This document shows positions 51,557 through 62,214 of a stretch of 64,000 nt of DNA, in pieces (positions within the stretch are counted from its first letter, which is position 1; every line of letters starts with the position of its first letter). The translations under genes and the position numbers were made by a program. Below the pieces are notes generated by a model, which saw only the letters and a list, made by a program, of their open reading frames with translations, did not search any database and had not been told where the DNA came from. This DNA comes from an uncultured Candidatus Binatia bacterium (GTDB taxonomy: Bacteria > Desulfobacterota > Binatia > Bin18), in the NCBI GenBank assembly GCA_965214605.1, contig OZ243961.1, positions 3,072,001 through 3,136,000 on the forward strand, read 5' to 3'.

Positions 51557-52582
51557 TCATCGGAATCGGGGCATGACCTGACGGGCGAACAGCTCAAGGC
51601 TGCCCAGCACTTTCTCTGGTGCCAAGCCGGGCAGATGCATACCCATGGCCAAGTGGCTCACCCGGGTTTCCTGTTGATAGCGTTCAATGGCCCGAATGCA
51701 GTCGGCCGGCGTGCCGACAATGGGCGTCCCACCTGGAATGGTCGGGTCAATATGACGCAGCTGCTCAAGGCTCGGGAGTGCTGACATGGCCCGGTCGGCG
51801 GGTAAATCTCCGGCTTTTTTTAACAGCGGAAAGGCCGAGCTGAACAGGTAATACAGATGTTCGCCAACTTCTTGCCAGGCTTGTTCTCGTGTGGCGGCAA
51901 CATAGACCCACCGCAGCTGACACAGATAGTAGTCTTTGGGATTCCGCCCCTGGCGCTCAAGTTCCCGATCATAGGCACGCTGCTGCTCGACCTCGCCGGT
52001 CCCAATCAGGTGAAAACCCATTCGGGCGGCACGCTCAACCGCCCGCTTCCCGCGGGCACCAATCCAGATTGGTGGATGGGGTGTTTGAACCGGGCGCGGG
52101 GTCAGCTCAACGTCCTGCAGTTGATAATAGTCGCCGTCATACGAGAAGGTCTTCTCGGTCCATGCTTTTTGGATGACCTCGAGACCCTCTTCGAGTTGGG
52201 CACTGCGGGTCTGGCGGGGGATCCCAAAGCCGGCAAATTCATTGACCCGGTAGCCCTTGCCTATGCCAAGATCAAAACGGCCGTTTGACAGAATATCAAC
52301 CGCCGTCGCGTCCTCGGCGACACGCAGCGCGTTCTGAAACGGCAGAATCAGAATACAGGTACCGATCCGAATCCGTTGCGTGCGAGTGGCAATCCCGGCG
52401 GCAAGCGGCATCAACGAGGGGGACCACCCGTCTTGATCAAAATGATGCTCGGTCAGCCAGACGGTATCGTAGCCAAGCTGCTCGGCCGTGGTGATGTGTT
52501 CGAGGTGCTGTTGATAGAGCTCTGGAAACGGCCGCGCCCAGCGGGCCGGGTTTTGAAACGGCATCAGTAGACCAAAATCCAT
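51557..52582 (-). CDS. LLM-class (luciferase-like) flavin-dependent oxidoreductase
   Basis: AEQLGYDTVWLTEHH, RIRIGT, AEDATAVDILSNGRFDLGIGKGY, PRPVQTPHPPIWIG. Confidence 0.92.
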   Translation of the reverse strand: MDFGLLMPFQNPARWARPFPELYQQHLEHITTAEQLGYDTVWLTEHHFDQDGWSPSLMPLAAGIATRTQRIRIGTCILILPFQNALRVAEDATAVDILSNGRFDLGIGKGYRVNEFAGFGIPRQTRSAQLEEGLEVIQKAWTEKTFSYDGDYYQLQDVELTPRPVQTPHPPIWIGARGKRAVERAARMGFHLIGTGEVEQQRAYDRELERQGRNPKDYYLCQLRWVYVAATREQAWQEVGEHLYYLFSSAFPLLKKAGDLPADRAMSALPSLEQLRHIDPTIPGGTPIVGTPADCIRAIERYQQETRVSHLAMGMHLPGLAPEKVLGSLELFARQVMPRFR

Positions 52583-52720
52583 ATCCTTACACCTCCCTCC
52601 GGCGCCCCAGCCTAGCGGCTTCTTGACAAACCGCAAGGGCTCGGCAGACAATGCAGACTTGAGGGGCTGAGATCTCTATGAGAGTGATACTTTTGCACAC
52701 ATTGTTAAGGAGGCAAACGC

Positions 52721-53851
52721 ATGCGTGTAGTATCTGCAGATTCACATATGATGGAGCCGGCCGACCTGTGGCAGACTCGCCTGGATGCAAAATATCGGGA
52801 CAGAGCACCCCGTGTTGTTGAGGGCTATAACGGGAAGAAGGGCCATTTTTTCTGTGTCGAGGGCTTACGACCGTTTCCGGTGGCAGGTGGATTTGCTGCG
52901 GGCAACAAACCGGAGGATCTGCCCAAAGCCTGGGAGAAAGGCTATGAGGGCGCTCGGCCGAGCGGCTGGGACCCGGCCGAACGGATTAAGGACCAGGATA
53001 TTGACGGGGTTGGAGCCGAAGTGCTGTACACTACCCTGGGCATGTCGCTGTTCGGCTTGGACGACGCCGAGTTTCAGCAGGCGTGTTTTGCGGCCTATAA
53101 CGATTGGCTGAGCGAGTTCTGTCGCTACGACACAAAACGCCTATTCGGTATCTCCCTGATTTCGCTCGAAGACATTCAGGCCGGTGTCCAAGAGCTCGAG
53201 CGGGGGGCAAAAAACGGGATGCGAGGGGCCATGATCTGGGGGTCGCCGCCCCGCGAAAAGCCGTACAGTAGCCCTGAGTACGATCCCTTCTGGGCGGCCG
53301 CCCAAGATCTTCACATGCCGGTCAGCCTCCATGTGGTTACCAGCAAAAAAGGCAACCGGGAGAAGAAAAGTGCCGGGCAGCGCCCGCCGGCCAATCCTGT
53401 CCGCAGCGGACGCCAGAGCGTGTATATGCGCCTCATCCATGAGGTGCAGCAGTCGATCACGGATATTATTCTGGGCGGCGTCTTAGAGCGTTTTCCCAAG
53501 CTGCTGATTGTGTCGGCCGAGAATGATACCGGTTGGTTGCCGCACTATATGTACCGGGCCGATCATGCTTGGGAGAAGTTTCGCTATTTTGACAAAGACT
53601 CCTTACCCATGGCGCCCAGCGAATATGTACGGCGTCAGCTGTACGCGACCTTCCAAGACGATCCCATCGGTCCCTCGACCTGGGAGTATTTTGGCGAGGA
53701 CAATTATATGTGGGCCTCCGACTTCCCGCATACCGACTCGACCTGGCCCGAGTCGCAGGCGGTGATCAAGAAGGACTTTGCCAAGGTTCCGGAGCATATC
53801 ACGCAAAAGATTGTGGCCGATAACGCCATCAAGCTCTACAGAATGGAGTAG
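52721..53851 (+). CDS. Amidohydrolase family protein (Amidohydro_2), divergent paralog
   Basis: VSADSHMMEP, YNDWLSEFC, VSLHV, MWASDFPHTDSTWP; AGGAGG RBS. Confidence 0.92.
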   Translation: MRVVSADSHMMEPADLWQTRLDAKYRDRAPRVVEGYNGKKGHFFCVEGLRPFPVAGGFAAGNKPEDLPKAWEKGYEGARPSGWDPAERIKDQDIDGVGAEVLYTTLGMSLFGLDDAEFQQACFAAYNDWLSEFCRYDTKRLFGISLISLEDIQAGVQELERGAKNGMRGAMIWGSPPREKPYSSPEYDPFWAAAQDLHMPVSLHVVTSKKGNREKKSAGQRPPANPVRSGRQSVYMRLIHEVQQSITDIILGGVLERFPKLLIVSAENDTGWLPHYMYRADHAWEKFRYFDKDSLPMAPSEYVRRQLYATFQDDPIGPSTWEYFGEDNYMWASDFPHTDSTWPESQAVIKKDFAKVPEHITQKIVADNAIKLYRME

Positions 53852-54242
53852 GCGCGGGAAGCCGCCCGGCTCTGCTCACAGCCCGGCTGGGGGCCTTCAG
53901 GGGCCGAAGTCGAGAGTCGTATTAACGCAGCGAGCGCCCGCTGTGTCACCAGGCCAATGGGGCGCTCACCCCCGTGCGGCAGCGCTTCGGCAGAACTTCC
54001 CGATTGCCGTCGCGTCCCGGCCCGTCAAGCCTGTTCGTATCCGCCGACAGGCTGCCGAAGGTCCTGCCGGACTCGATTCTGAGTGGGATTGGCGTCCCCA
54101 AGGTCAAATGCCTTGCCGACCCCTTCCCGATATCGTCGTCATTGCCCGTCGGGTTTGCCTGAGTTCGAGAATCCGTCATTATCAATACAGCCCAGTGTCC
54201 GCCCAGGCTCATTTCCGTCAAGGGGTCCCCGCGTGAGCATCA

Positions 54243-54647
54243 CTAGGAGCCCAAGGACTGCTCGACGGAACAACCACTTCGAGGCTTCTCTTTCATAGTC
54301 ATCTCCCTGGACTGCTTACGGAGGTGAGCGAATGCCTGTTGCTGCGGCAGTGGACGCGAGGCTCGTGCTCTAGCCCGGCCTGGCAAGAAATACCTCTTTG
54401 CTCCGAAGTATTTCATCCTGAGCGCGGCGGGACCGAGTTGGATACGCCATGTCTCGCGCACCAGCCGCGGGCGGAAAAATGGACGGGCTGGGGGGCAGAT
54501 GTCCGTACACTCCTGTTTCTCGCCGTACCACAGCGAATCGAAAGCCGCTCGACCAGCACGCAGATGTCTGGAGCGGGGCCCGATGGATTGGACCTCACCC
54601 TGTGTGTCCCGGAAGAAATCGAACAGCGAGAACAAGCCGTATTCCAC
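54243..54647 (-). pseudogene. Degenerate 5' fragment of an LLM-class oxidoreductase
   Basis: MEYGLFSLFDF..AFDSLWYGE..ICP..RETWRIQLGPA resembles an LLM N-terminus, then degenerates. Confidence 0.5.
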
Positions 54648-54790
54648 ACGGCATTGTCTGCGTGTCGGGACCGTCCTGACGACACCGGGGAGGGGGCGGG
54701 AACGCCTGCCGAGAACAAAGCCGCCTCCCCCCGGCGACTCTTGTCGGGAGAAAGCGCATTTGGCAGGATGAAAAAAATGGAGGATCCCGA

Positions 54791-55891
54791 ATGATTCAGA
54801 CTGACGAGACTCAGATCGACGAACCGCAGATCGAAGGTCTGGAGGAAGGCTCAGGATTGTTCTGGCGTGACTACCCGATCGACACCCTCTTGATTCGAAA
54901 CGAGAGTCGCACGGTGCACGAGGTCCTACGCCGGATCGGCAAGGGGCAATTCATCATGAATCCCGAATTCCAGCGCGATTTTATCTGGAAGGAGGACAAG
55001 CAGAGCAAGCTCATTGAGTCTGTCATTATGCGAATTCCGCTTCCGGTGCTCTATCTTGCGGAAGACGAACAGGGACGGATGATCGTCGTGGACGGGTTGC
55101 AGCGACTCACGACGTTCAAGCGCTTCGTGAACAATGAACTCAAACTCAAGCTTCCGGATCGAGATAAGCTCAATGGGAAACGTTTCCAGGACCTCTCGCC
55201 GAAAATTCAGAACCGTGTCGAGGATTGCAACCTTATTCTCTATGTCATCGACCAGCGCGTACCGGAGCAGGCGCGGCTCGACATCTTTGACCGTGTCAAT
55301 TCGGGGGAGCCGCTCACCAGACAGCAGATGCGCAACTCTCTGTACATGGGCGACGCAACCCGTTTTCTGACGTATGAGTCACGGACCGAGGTCTTCTTGC
55401 AGGCTACCGGAGACAGTCTGAATAAACAGTTGATGCGGGACCGTGAGTTCGTCAACCGATTTTGTGCTTTTCAGCTTCTTGACCTCGACGATTACCACGA
55501 TATGGACGAATTTTTGGCTAAGGCACTGAAGCAGATGAACGCCGCGCCGGAGTCCCTCGTGGCATTGTCCTCCCAGTTCAGGCTGGGCCTTGAGAACAAC
55601 TTTCGTCTGTTCGGCAGGCACGCGTTCAGAAAACACACACCAGCCCAGCAGAATCGCAGCGTCATCAACGCGTCGCTCTGGGATGTCATGTCCACCGGCC
55701 TCTCTCGATACGAGACGCCCATCGTTGAGGAGCGAGAGAGGGCCTTGAAGCGTGTTTTCTACGGGCTCATGTCTGATGAGACTTTTCTGGACGCGATCAC
55801 CTACAGTCCGAATCAGCCAAAGAAAGTCAAATGCCGTTTTTCCATTATGCAAAAAAGCCTTCGGGAGGTGGTCGGTGCTGACCCGGCTTGA
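54791..55891 (+). CDS. nsnA: DUF262 (ParB/GmrS-like) protein; Menshen NsnA-like
   Basis: PEFQRDFIW, LIESVIMRIPLP, VVDGLQRLTT and IFDRVNSG are DUF262 motifs. Confidence 0.85.
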   Translation: MIQTDETQIDEPQIEGLEEGSGLFWRDYPIDTLLIRNESRTVHEVLRRIGKGQFIMNPEFQRDFIWKEDKQSKLIESVIMRIPLPVLYLAEDEQGRMIVVDGLQRLTTFKRFVNNELKLKLPDRDKLNGKRFQDLSPKIQNRVEDCNLILYVIDQRVPEQARLDIFDRVNSGEPLTRQQMRNSLYMGDATRFLTYESRTEVFLQATGDSLNKQLMRDREFVNRFCAFQLLDLDDYHDMDEFLAKALKQMNAAPESLVALSSQFRLGLENNFRLFGRHAFRKHTPAQQNRSVINASLWDVMSTGLSRYETPIVEERERALKRVFYGLMSDETFLDAITYSPNQPKKVKCRFSIMQKSLREVVGADPA

Positions 55892-57014
55892 GCTTCGTCT
55901 GTTTAAATGTTTCGAGGTATTAAAACTGCCTCTCGCACCACTGACCTTGCTCTCCGGCCTCAATTCATCCGGCAAATCCTCCGTGCTGCAGGCGCTCGTG
56001 CTCCTGCACCAGACAATGCGCGAGCACGAGTGGGCGACACGCCTGGCGCTGAACGGGGCGGACGTACGCCTAGGGACGGTCGTGGACGTGGTGAACGAAG
56101 TCCATGGGCGGACCGGATTTGAGGCCGGCGTGACTGATGACACGTCCGCTTGCCAGTGGGTGTTCAAGGGAGACCGACGTGAGATGTCCATGCAGGTGAC
56201 TCAGGTGTCGCTCAATGGTCGCAAAACGGAGAACCCGCAGGTATTGCGACACCTGCTCCCGCCAAACGCTAATGGAAGCGTCGTCCCTCTGGCCGACCGA
56301 ATCCGCGGGCTTACCTATATCACCGCCGAGCGGGTAGGCCCGCAGGAGACATATCCGCTCGAAGATCCGTACGATGCCGACTTGGTTGGAGCTAGAGGCG
56401 AACACACGGTCAGTGTGTTGCATTGGAGACGGGACGAATCCGTCCCGTCTCTGCTTGCCCTGTCGGGCACGCCGCCCACGCTGCTGCGGCAAGTTGAAGC
56501 CCGCATGCAGACGCTGTTTCCAGGCTGCGGTCTGGATTTGCAGCAGGTGGCACAGACAAACGCCGTGACGCTCGGGTTACGCACCTCCGACGCCACCGGC
56601 TTCCACCGTCCGATCCATACCGGCTTCGGTTTGACCCAAATTCTGCCCATCCTCGTCGCCGCATTGTCGGGTCCGGCCGGCCGGCTTCTGTTGATCGAGA
56701 ATCCCGAAGTCCATCTACACCCCGCGGGTCAAGCATCGCTAGGCGGTTTTCTGGCGGACGTTGCAGGGGCCGGCATTCAGGTCATCGTGGAGACGCACAG
56801 CGACCATGTCCTCAACGGCGTCCGCCGTGCGGTCAAGGAAAACCGCCTGAGGCCGGACCACGTTGCCATCCACTTTTTCAAGCCACACTCGGACGAGGGC
56901 GCCCAAGTGCACAGCCCGATGCTGGATGCCGAGGGAAATATCGACGAGTGGCCAGAAGGGTTTTTCGATCAGTTCGACAAAGACATGAACTATTTCGCAG
57001 GATGGGACGGCTGA
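55875..57014 (+). CDS. nsnB: ABC-type ATPase with C-terminal DUF3696; Menshen NsnB-like
   Basis: SGLNSSGKSS, GFGLTQILP, LIENPEVHLHP, VETHSDH, C-terminal GNIDEWPEGFFDQ; GTG start overlaps nsnA. Confidence 0.85.
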   Translation: MLTRLELRLFKCFEVLKLPLAPLTLLSGLNSSGKSSVLQALVLLHQTMREHEWATRLALNGADVRLGTVVDVVNEVHGRTGFEAGVTDDTSACQWVFKGDRREMSMQVTQVSLNGRKTENPQVLRHLLPPNANGSVVPLADRIRGLTYITAERVGPQETYPLEDPYDADLVGARGEHTVSVLHWRRDESVPSLLALSGTPPTLLRQVEARMQTLFPGCGLDLQQVAQTNAVTLGLRTSDATGFHRPIHTGFGLTQILPILVAALSGPAGRLLLIENPEVHLHPAGQASLGGFLADVAGAGIQVIVETHSDHVLNGVRRAVKENRLRPDHVAIHFFKPHSDEGAQVHSPMLDAEGNIDEWPEGFFDQFDKDMNYFAGWDG

Positions 57015-57016
57015 CT

Positions 57017-57976
57017 GTGGAGTTACTCTTCAACGAACTCTCGCTCCACGGACAGTTCCCTGACGTGACGACGTTCAAAGCTTCCGTTGGACGTGTGATG
57101 CGCATACGCAAGGTTATGCGGAGGTTTGGGCGAGATCTCTATTGTCGTCGGAACGTCCCCTCCTGTCAGGTGACGTCGGACAAGACCATGCAGCAGGTGA
57201 TCGGAGCCTTCGATCCGAACAGCAAGCGTGCGTTACTGGGATGGCTGACGGGGCGCGGCCCTTTTTGGGAAGACGAGCGGGAACATAGCGGGGAGGAATG
57301 GTTTGAATACAACGGTGAAATCGTGACCGACAGCGCGCTGGGAGAGGCCGCGTATAAATATTTTTGCGGCCTCTCCCAAGGCGTTGTGAGCATGGCCCCG
57401 TCAGCCTGGTTGTCTTCGCCTTTGTTGGTCAAATGGGTCCAAAACAGAGAAACGTCGAGTGCGACTATTCCGAACTACTGGGATGTCGACACGCTGCGCG
57501 CTGTCCTTGACGCGGCGCCCGCCCCGATCAGGTCTTGGACGGAGTTAGAGACGATGGCGCGTGAGCGCTGTCCGGACCTGATGTTTGCGCAGGACAGTTT
57601 TAAGCCGTTGGCCGGGCATCCGTTCCACGAGGGCACTGCCAAACGCCTGCTAGACCGCTTCTCTCGCCTCCACGATCTAAAGAACTGTTTTGACGAGCGC
57701 GGGGAGCGCACCTCTGAAGGGCACCGATTATACAAAGCGCATTTCACTGGTGACGGAGCGCATTTCTCAGATTCGTCGGATACCGAGAAGAGGACCTTTC
57801 GGACGGAACTGACATTCCCACATCCCCAGGTGCCCGGCACGTCTTTGTTCTGCACCTGGCACGGCAAGGTGGTCACAAGGTCACGGTTGCAGCTTCGGGT
57901 GCATTTCTCCTGGCCGGTCCGCAGAGATGACCCCCTGTACGTCGTCTATGTTGGACCGAAAATCACCAGGCGATAA
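57017..57976 (+). CDS. nsnC: Putative nuclease effector with RelE/BECR-like C-terminus; Menshen NsnC-like
   Basis: Starts 2 bp after the ATPase; LLFNELSL N-terminus; C-terminal WHGKV..LRVHFSWP..LYVVYVGPKIT. Confidence 0.65.
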   Translation: MELLFNELSLHGQFPDVTTFKASVGRVMRIRKVMRRFGRDLYCRRNVPSCQVTSDKTMQQVIGAFDPNSKRALLGWLTGRGPFWEDEREHSGEEWFEYNGEIVTDSALGEAAYKYFCGLSQGVVSMAPSAWLSSPLLVKWVQNRETSSATIPNYWDVDTLRAVLDAAPAPIRSWTELETMARERCPDLMFAQDSFKPLAGHPFHEGTAKRLLDRFSRLHDLKNCFDERGERTSEGHRLYKAHFTGDGAHFSDSSDTEKRTFRTELTFPHPQVPGTSLFCTWHGKVVTRSRLQLRVHFSWPVRRDDPLYVVYVGPKITRR

Positions 57977-58202
57977 CCTCAATCCTTGCCTTCGTGCACG
58001 GCCTGCCGGAGAGGTTGAGGGTCGTGCCTGCGCCGTCCGCCTCGGCTCAGGCATCAATAGAATAGCTTTCGAGGGAATCCGGGCCCGGACGCTCTGCAGC
58101 GTTTCGGCTAGTATCAGACCGAGCACGACGGGGCTCATGTCGGCGAGCCGCCGCCAGAAACTTTGCCTGCGCATCCATCAGAGGGAGGAGGGAGGCCGTG
58201 GG

Positions 58203-59686
58203 TCAGGTGTCGTCTTGGTTGGGCCGCGTCAGAAGTTCGGGCGACGAGACCGGCCGCACGTCCACCTCGATCGGGGCGGCCGTGGAGATCCGCTGGCGAG
58301 CGGCCGCGGCCCCGAGGTCTTCAAGGCGGCGTGCCTGTACCAATACCCGTGATTCGAGCGACCCAACGCTCTTATTGTAGGACTCGACCGCGCGGTGCAG
58401 CGCCTTGCCGACATGCCCACGTATTCACCGTAAACGCGGAGGCGGTCGTACAGTTCGCCTGCGGCGTCGGCGATCTGTTTGGCGTTTTCCTCCACCTTGG
58501 CCTGTTGCCAATCGCAATGGTACGCAGGAGTGCGATAAGCAGTCCGGGCGTAGCGATCAACACGCGGTGTTGCCGCCACGTTTGGTCCCAAACACCGTTT
58601 TTGGCGCGCTCCGCGGCATCAAGAATGGCGTCGTGCGGCACGAACATGACCGTGAAGTCGAACGAACCCGCCACGCTGCTGATGCGGCTGGCCAGCTCTT
58701 TCGCATGCGCGCTGAGCGCCTCAGCATGGCACCGAAAAGGGGCTGCTGCTGGCGTTCGTCCTCGGTCTCGAATGCCTTGATGTAGGCATTCATCGGCGCT
58801 TTGGCGTCGAGCACGATGCGCTTGTTCCCAGGGATGGTGATGACCATATCCGGCCGCCGCTGATCGGTGCCAACGCCACCTGCTCGACGAACTCGACATG
58901 CTCGAGCATGCCCGCGGCTTCGACCACGCTGCGCAACTGCTGCTCGCCCCAATCTCCTCGTTCACGGGTCGAGCGCAGCGCGCGGTGCAATTGGCTGGTC
59001 TCGCTGCGAAGCTGGACAATCTCCTGCCGCGCCTGTGACACAGCCTGGTGTACCCGCTCGTACGCTCCGACGCGGACCTGCTCTAGTTCGGCGACTTTCT
59101 TGTCAAGCTTGTTGAGGTTCTCGCCGAGCGGCTTGACGAGGTTGTCGACCGCAGTCTGCCGGGCTTCGAGGTCCTTGGCGGCGAGTTCGCGCTGACGTTG
59201 AAAGCGCTCGTCCGCCTGCTCGCGGTCCTGCCGGAAGCGTGTTTCGGCCTGTTTGCGAACTTCGTCGTTGCTGGTCTTGAGCGCCTCCAATGCCGCACCT
59301 CTGAAGCGCTCCTCCAGCGTCGTGCGGATGTGGTTCAATCCCTGGGCGCGGGCGTCGTACGCCTCTTTGAGGCCCGCGACCTGGGCACGGGCCTCTGTGA
59401 GCTGCTTTCGTAACTCCCCGGCTGTCTGGTGCGATTCCTGTCGCTCGCGGGTGCGCTCCTCCTCCAACGCGGTGATGCGTTTGTCACGTTCCTGGAGCGT
59501 GGTTTCGGCGCGGGCCAGCGCGTCGGTCTGCTTGGCCACGTCGGTCCGTAGTTGGTCGCGTTCGTGAGTGAGTTCCCGGACCGCGGGAGCGTACACCGCG
59601 GGGTCGGCGACTTGCCGGAAAAGGATCCAGACCGCGATGACGAGCCCCACACACAGCAGGGCGAGAACGAGGAGCGTGATTTCCAT
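58203..59686 (-). pseudogene. rmuC: DNA recombination protein RmuC, multiply frameshifted
   Basis: N-terminal TM plus coiled coil, RGDWGEQQL..VEAAGM; then RPDMVITIPGNKRIVLDAKAP, DFTVMFVP, VLIATP..LIALLRTI, WQQ..EENA..I..LYDRL in shifting frames. Confidence 0.9.
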
Positions 59687-60639
59687 GTGAGTTTGTGCGA
59701 GCCGCGGCCTTCCCGCCTACTCTCTCCTGTACGATTCGGGACCAGAAATTTCCTTGGCGCGTCTTGAGGCCTGCTCCAGGATGGTTCACCGCGGACGGCG
59801 TCCGAGCGCGTGGTCCATGCTGATGGGGTGCTTGGCTGGCACGCTATATTCTCCGATCTCAAGGGCGAGCGATTTGTTCAGAGAGTTGCCCCCGGCTGTG
59901 GCCACGCTATACAGCTGTGACCCCAAGCCAGCCTCGATCCCCGCGACGCTGGCCGTACTGACTATACCGACTGAGTGCTGGCACTTCACGGTCGGCACGC
60001 GTGCGTAATGCCCCAAAAGAAGCTCTTCAGCAGCATGTCGAAGGGCATATCGCCCTCTTCCACGCTGGTGCCCTCAATCGGCCCCAACACCCCGCCCCAG
60101 GTCGTATGCGACCTCGTACCTCTTGTCCTCCTGCATACCTCCACGACCTATGCCCCTCTGCGGCGAGCGGTTGGACCGTCACCGTTCATGAGGTCGTTGA
60201 GATCGTCCGTCACCGGCGCCACCTTGTCTCGCCAGCTTTCCCCATACGTGCCTCCGTTTTCACTGTCCCGGTGTGTTCGCCCGATTCTGTACCCGGTCGG
60301 CGAACATCCTCCATGCCCCCGGAGAGCCAGCCGTCCTCTAGCGGAGTCAGGCATCCGGAGCACGCCTGCTGGTGCCCCTCAATCGTTTCGCAGTTCGCTT
60401 AACAGCGTCCGGTCCAGGGTGTTGCGGAACAGACCGTGCCGGGCGTTCCACCTCGGCTTGAGCAGCATCGCGGTATCCTACCTAGCCGTGGCTCGTGCGA
60501 AGCCAACCGGCCGTCGTCCGGCAGCGTCACGGCTTTGTGTCTGTCCCTCCATTTCGTAGACGTTGGCCCTGCTTAACGAATGGCCTGAGCCCGGCTTTGA
60601 GCAGGGCCTTGCCGGCGTTCATGGACTTCCGCAGGCGGC

Positions 60640-62214
60640 TTACAGTCGCCTCCAACTGTTGATTTGCTCTTTTAGCTGCTCTAGCAACTCCGCGATGTTC
60701 TCCTCAGGGCGCTTTTCTGTCTCGCAGCGGCCGACGATCCTGCCGAGGTGTGAAATGGGTTGCTCTACCCTGGCAGCAAATGCTTCTAGGTTGGCCTTGG
60801 AGGCAGGCTGCTGGGTTATCGTCGTCCCTTCCATCATCTGTGCGCTCTCCCGCATCTGCTTTGCCATGTCCATGGCGGATAACTCTAGCAATGTGGCGTA
60901 GTCCTGCGGGTGCTGTTGCAAAGTCCTCCATATCCAATCTTCTGGTGGTGCCGTTCCGGGAAGGAACAAGGGTTGTAAGCGGTGTCCGTATTCTTCGGCG
61001 ACGCTCTTAATGGAAGCCTCCATAGGGCGCGAGTCGCCGTCCAAGACGACGACGAAGTCCTTCAGCTTTCCGAACTTGCCGAGCGTCCTGATATGAGACG
61101 GAAACTCGTCCCGCCTCGTGTTGCTGCCGATGACGAAATGATCAGGACGAAGATCCAGTTGGGATTGCAGCACATCCAGCACCCCAAGTATCACTCCTTC
61201 CGTGATCGCGTCCTCGCATAGGATTGAGAGTTGATCACGGGACTGTCCGTAGAGAGATTTCTGGAAAATATCCCGGTAAGCCGGCATTAGCCGGACTTCT
61301 CCGGTTTGCTCGTCGCGGTCTAGGAATATCCGCCCCTCGGGAGGCACACTGTCCAAAATCACCGGACTGTGCGAGGCAACGACGATTTGCAGTCTTTGTC
61401 GCAGCGCAGTCCGCTGCAATTCCAGCATCAGTTGCTGCTGCGTGTATGGATGGAGCCCGGTATCAATATCGTCGATAAGGATCAGGGCGTTCTCGAGACG
61501 AGCAATGTCTTTGGATATCCGCAGGATCGTGCGTTCTCCAGAGGACATGTGAAATTCAGAATAGCGAACGGCTCCGCTCCCCTCGACTTCTGCGAACAGC
61601 AGGTTGCGGGATTGCCCGCTGATGACCGCCAGCCTGCGGTAGCGATGACGTAAGATGCGGTGGGCGAAGATAAGCAAGTCGGAAGTTAGAGGTTCGATCA
61701 AAACGGGTTTTCGCGCGAGTTGGAGAATCCCCCGGATCTCGGACGGATTGGTAAGATTGGCAAGAGCGCGAAGGTAGAGATGTCGCTGCGGTTGGTAACC
61801 CGCCCTCCGGCCCATGAAGCCCTTGTGCCACTTCCACGACTTGCCCCGTTTCCAGACCATGGACAGACGATCGTCCTCATGCAGATAGTAGAACTCCAGT
61901 TCCGTTTGCTCGGTCGGGTCCGACATTTCCCCGGTAGATTGGTGCCTAAAATTAGGAAAAAAGCTGCTGGGAGTAAACTCCTGCGACGCGCGGCTCGGGG
62001 CACGGTAGGCGCAGGCACAGGCACAGAGCACCGTGGACTTACCGCATCCGTTAGGACCGGCAAGGACACAGACGGGATAATTAAAGGGAACCCGCAGATT
62101 CCGGATACCCCGTAGATTTCTGAGATGCACTTCCAGAAGGGCGGAGCGGCGTTGCCTATTGCTCGCCCGTAGCGCGTCCCATGTCTCCTGCAGCTGCCTA
62201 GCAATCAACGACAT
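60640..62214 (-). CDS. ABC-type ATPase fused to a C-terminal TOPRIM-like domain (OLD-like architecture)
   Basis: AGPNGCGKST, MSSGE signature, LILIDDIDTGLHP, ASHS; C-terminal ILCED..VVLDGD TOPRIM acidic motifs; AGGAGG RBS. Confidence 0.8.
   Translation of the reverse strand: MSLIARQLQETWDALRASNRQRRSALLEVHLRNLRGIRNLRVPFNYPVCVLAGPNGCGKSTVLCACACAYRAPSRASQEFTPSSFFPNFRHQSTGEMSDPTEQTELEFYYLHEDDRLSMVWKRGKSWKWHKGFMGRRAGYQPQRHLYLRALANLTNPSEIRGILQLARKPVLIEPLTSDLLIFAHRILRHRYRRLAVISGQSRNLLFAEVEGSGAVRYSEFHMSSGERTILRISKDIARLENALILIDDIDTGLHPYTQQQLMLELQRTALRQRLQIVVASHSPVILDSVPPEGRIFLDRDEQTGEVRLMPAYRDIFQKSLYGQSRDQLSILCEDAITEGVILGVLDVLQSQLDLRPDHFVIGSNTRRDEFPSHIRTLGKFGKLKDFVVVLDGDSRPMEASIKSVAEEYGHRLQPLFLPGTAPPEDWIWRTLQQHPQDYATLLELSAMDMAKQMRESAQMMEGTTITQQPASKANLEAFAARVEQPISHLGRIVGRCETEKRPEENIAELLEQLKEQINSWRRL

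Noticed and set aside
59754-60560. Several short ORFs between rmuC and the ATPase-TOPRIM gene; considered a retron ncRNA or RT remnant
   Set aside because: No YADD/VTG RT motifs or msr-msd style inverted repeats seen; looks like an unidentifiable pseudogene.
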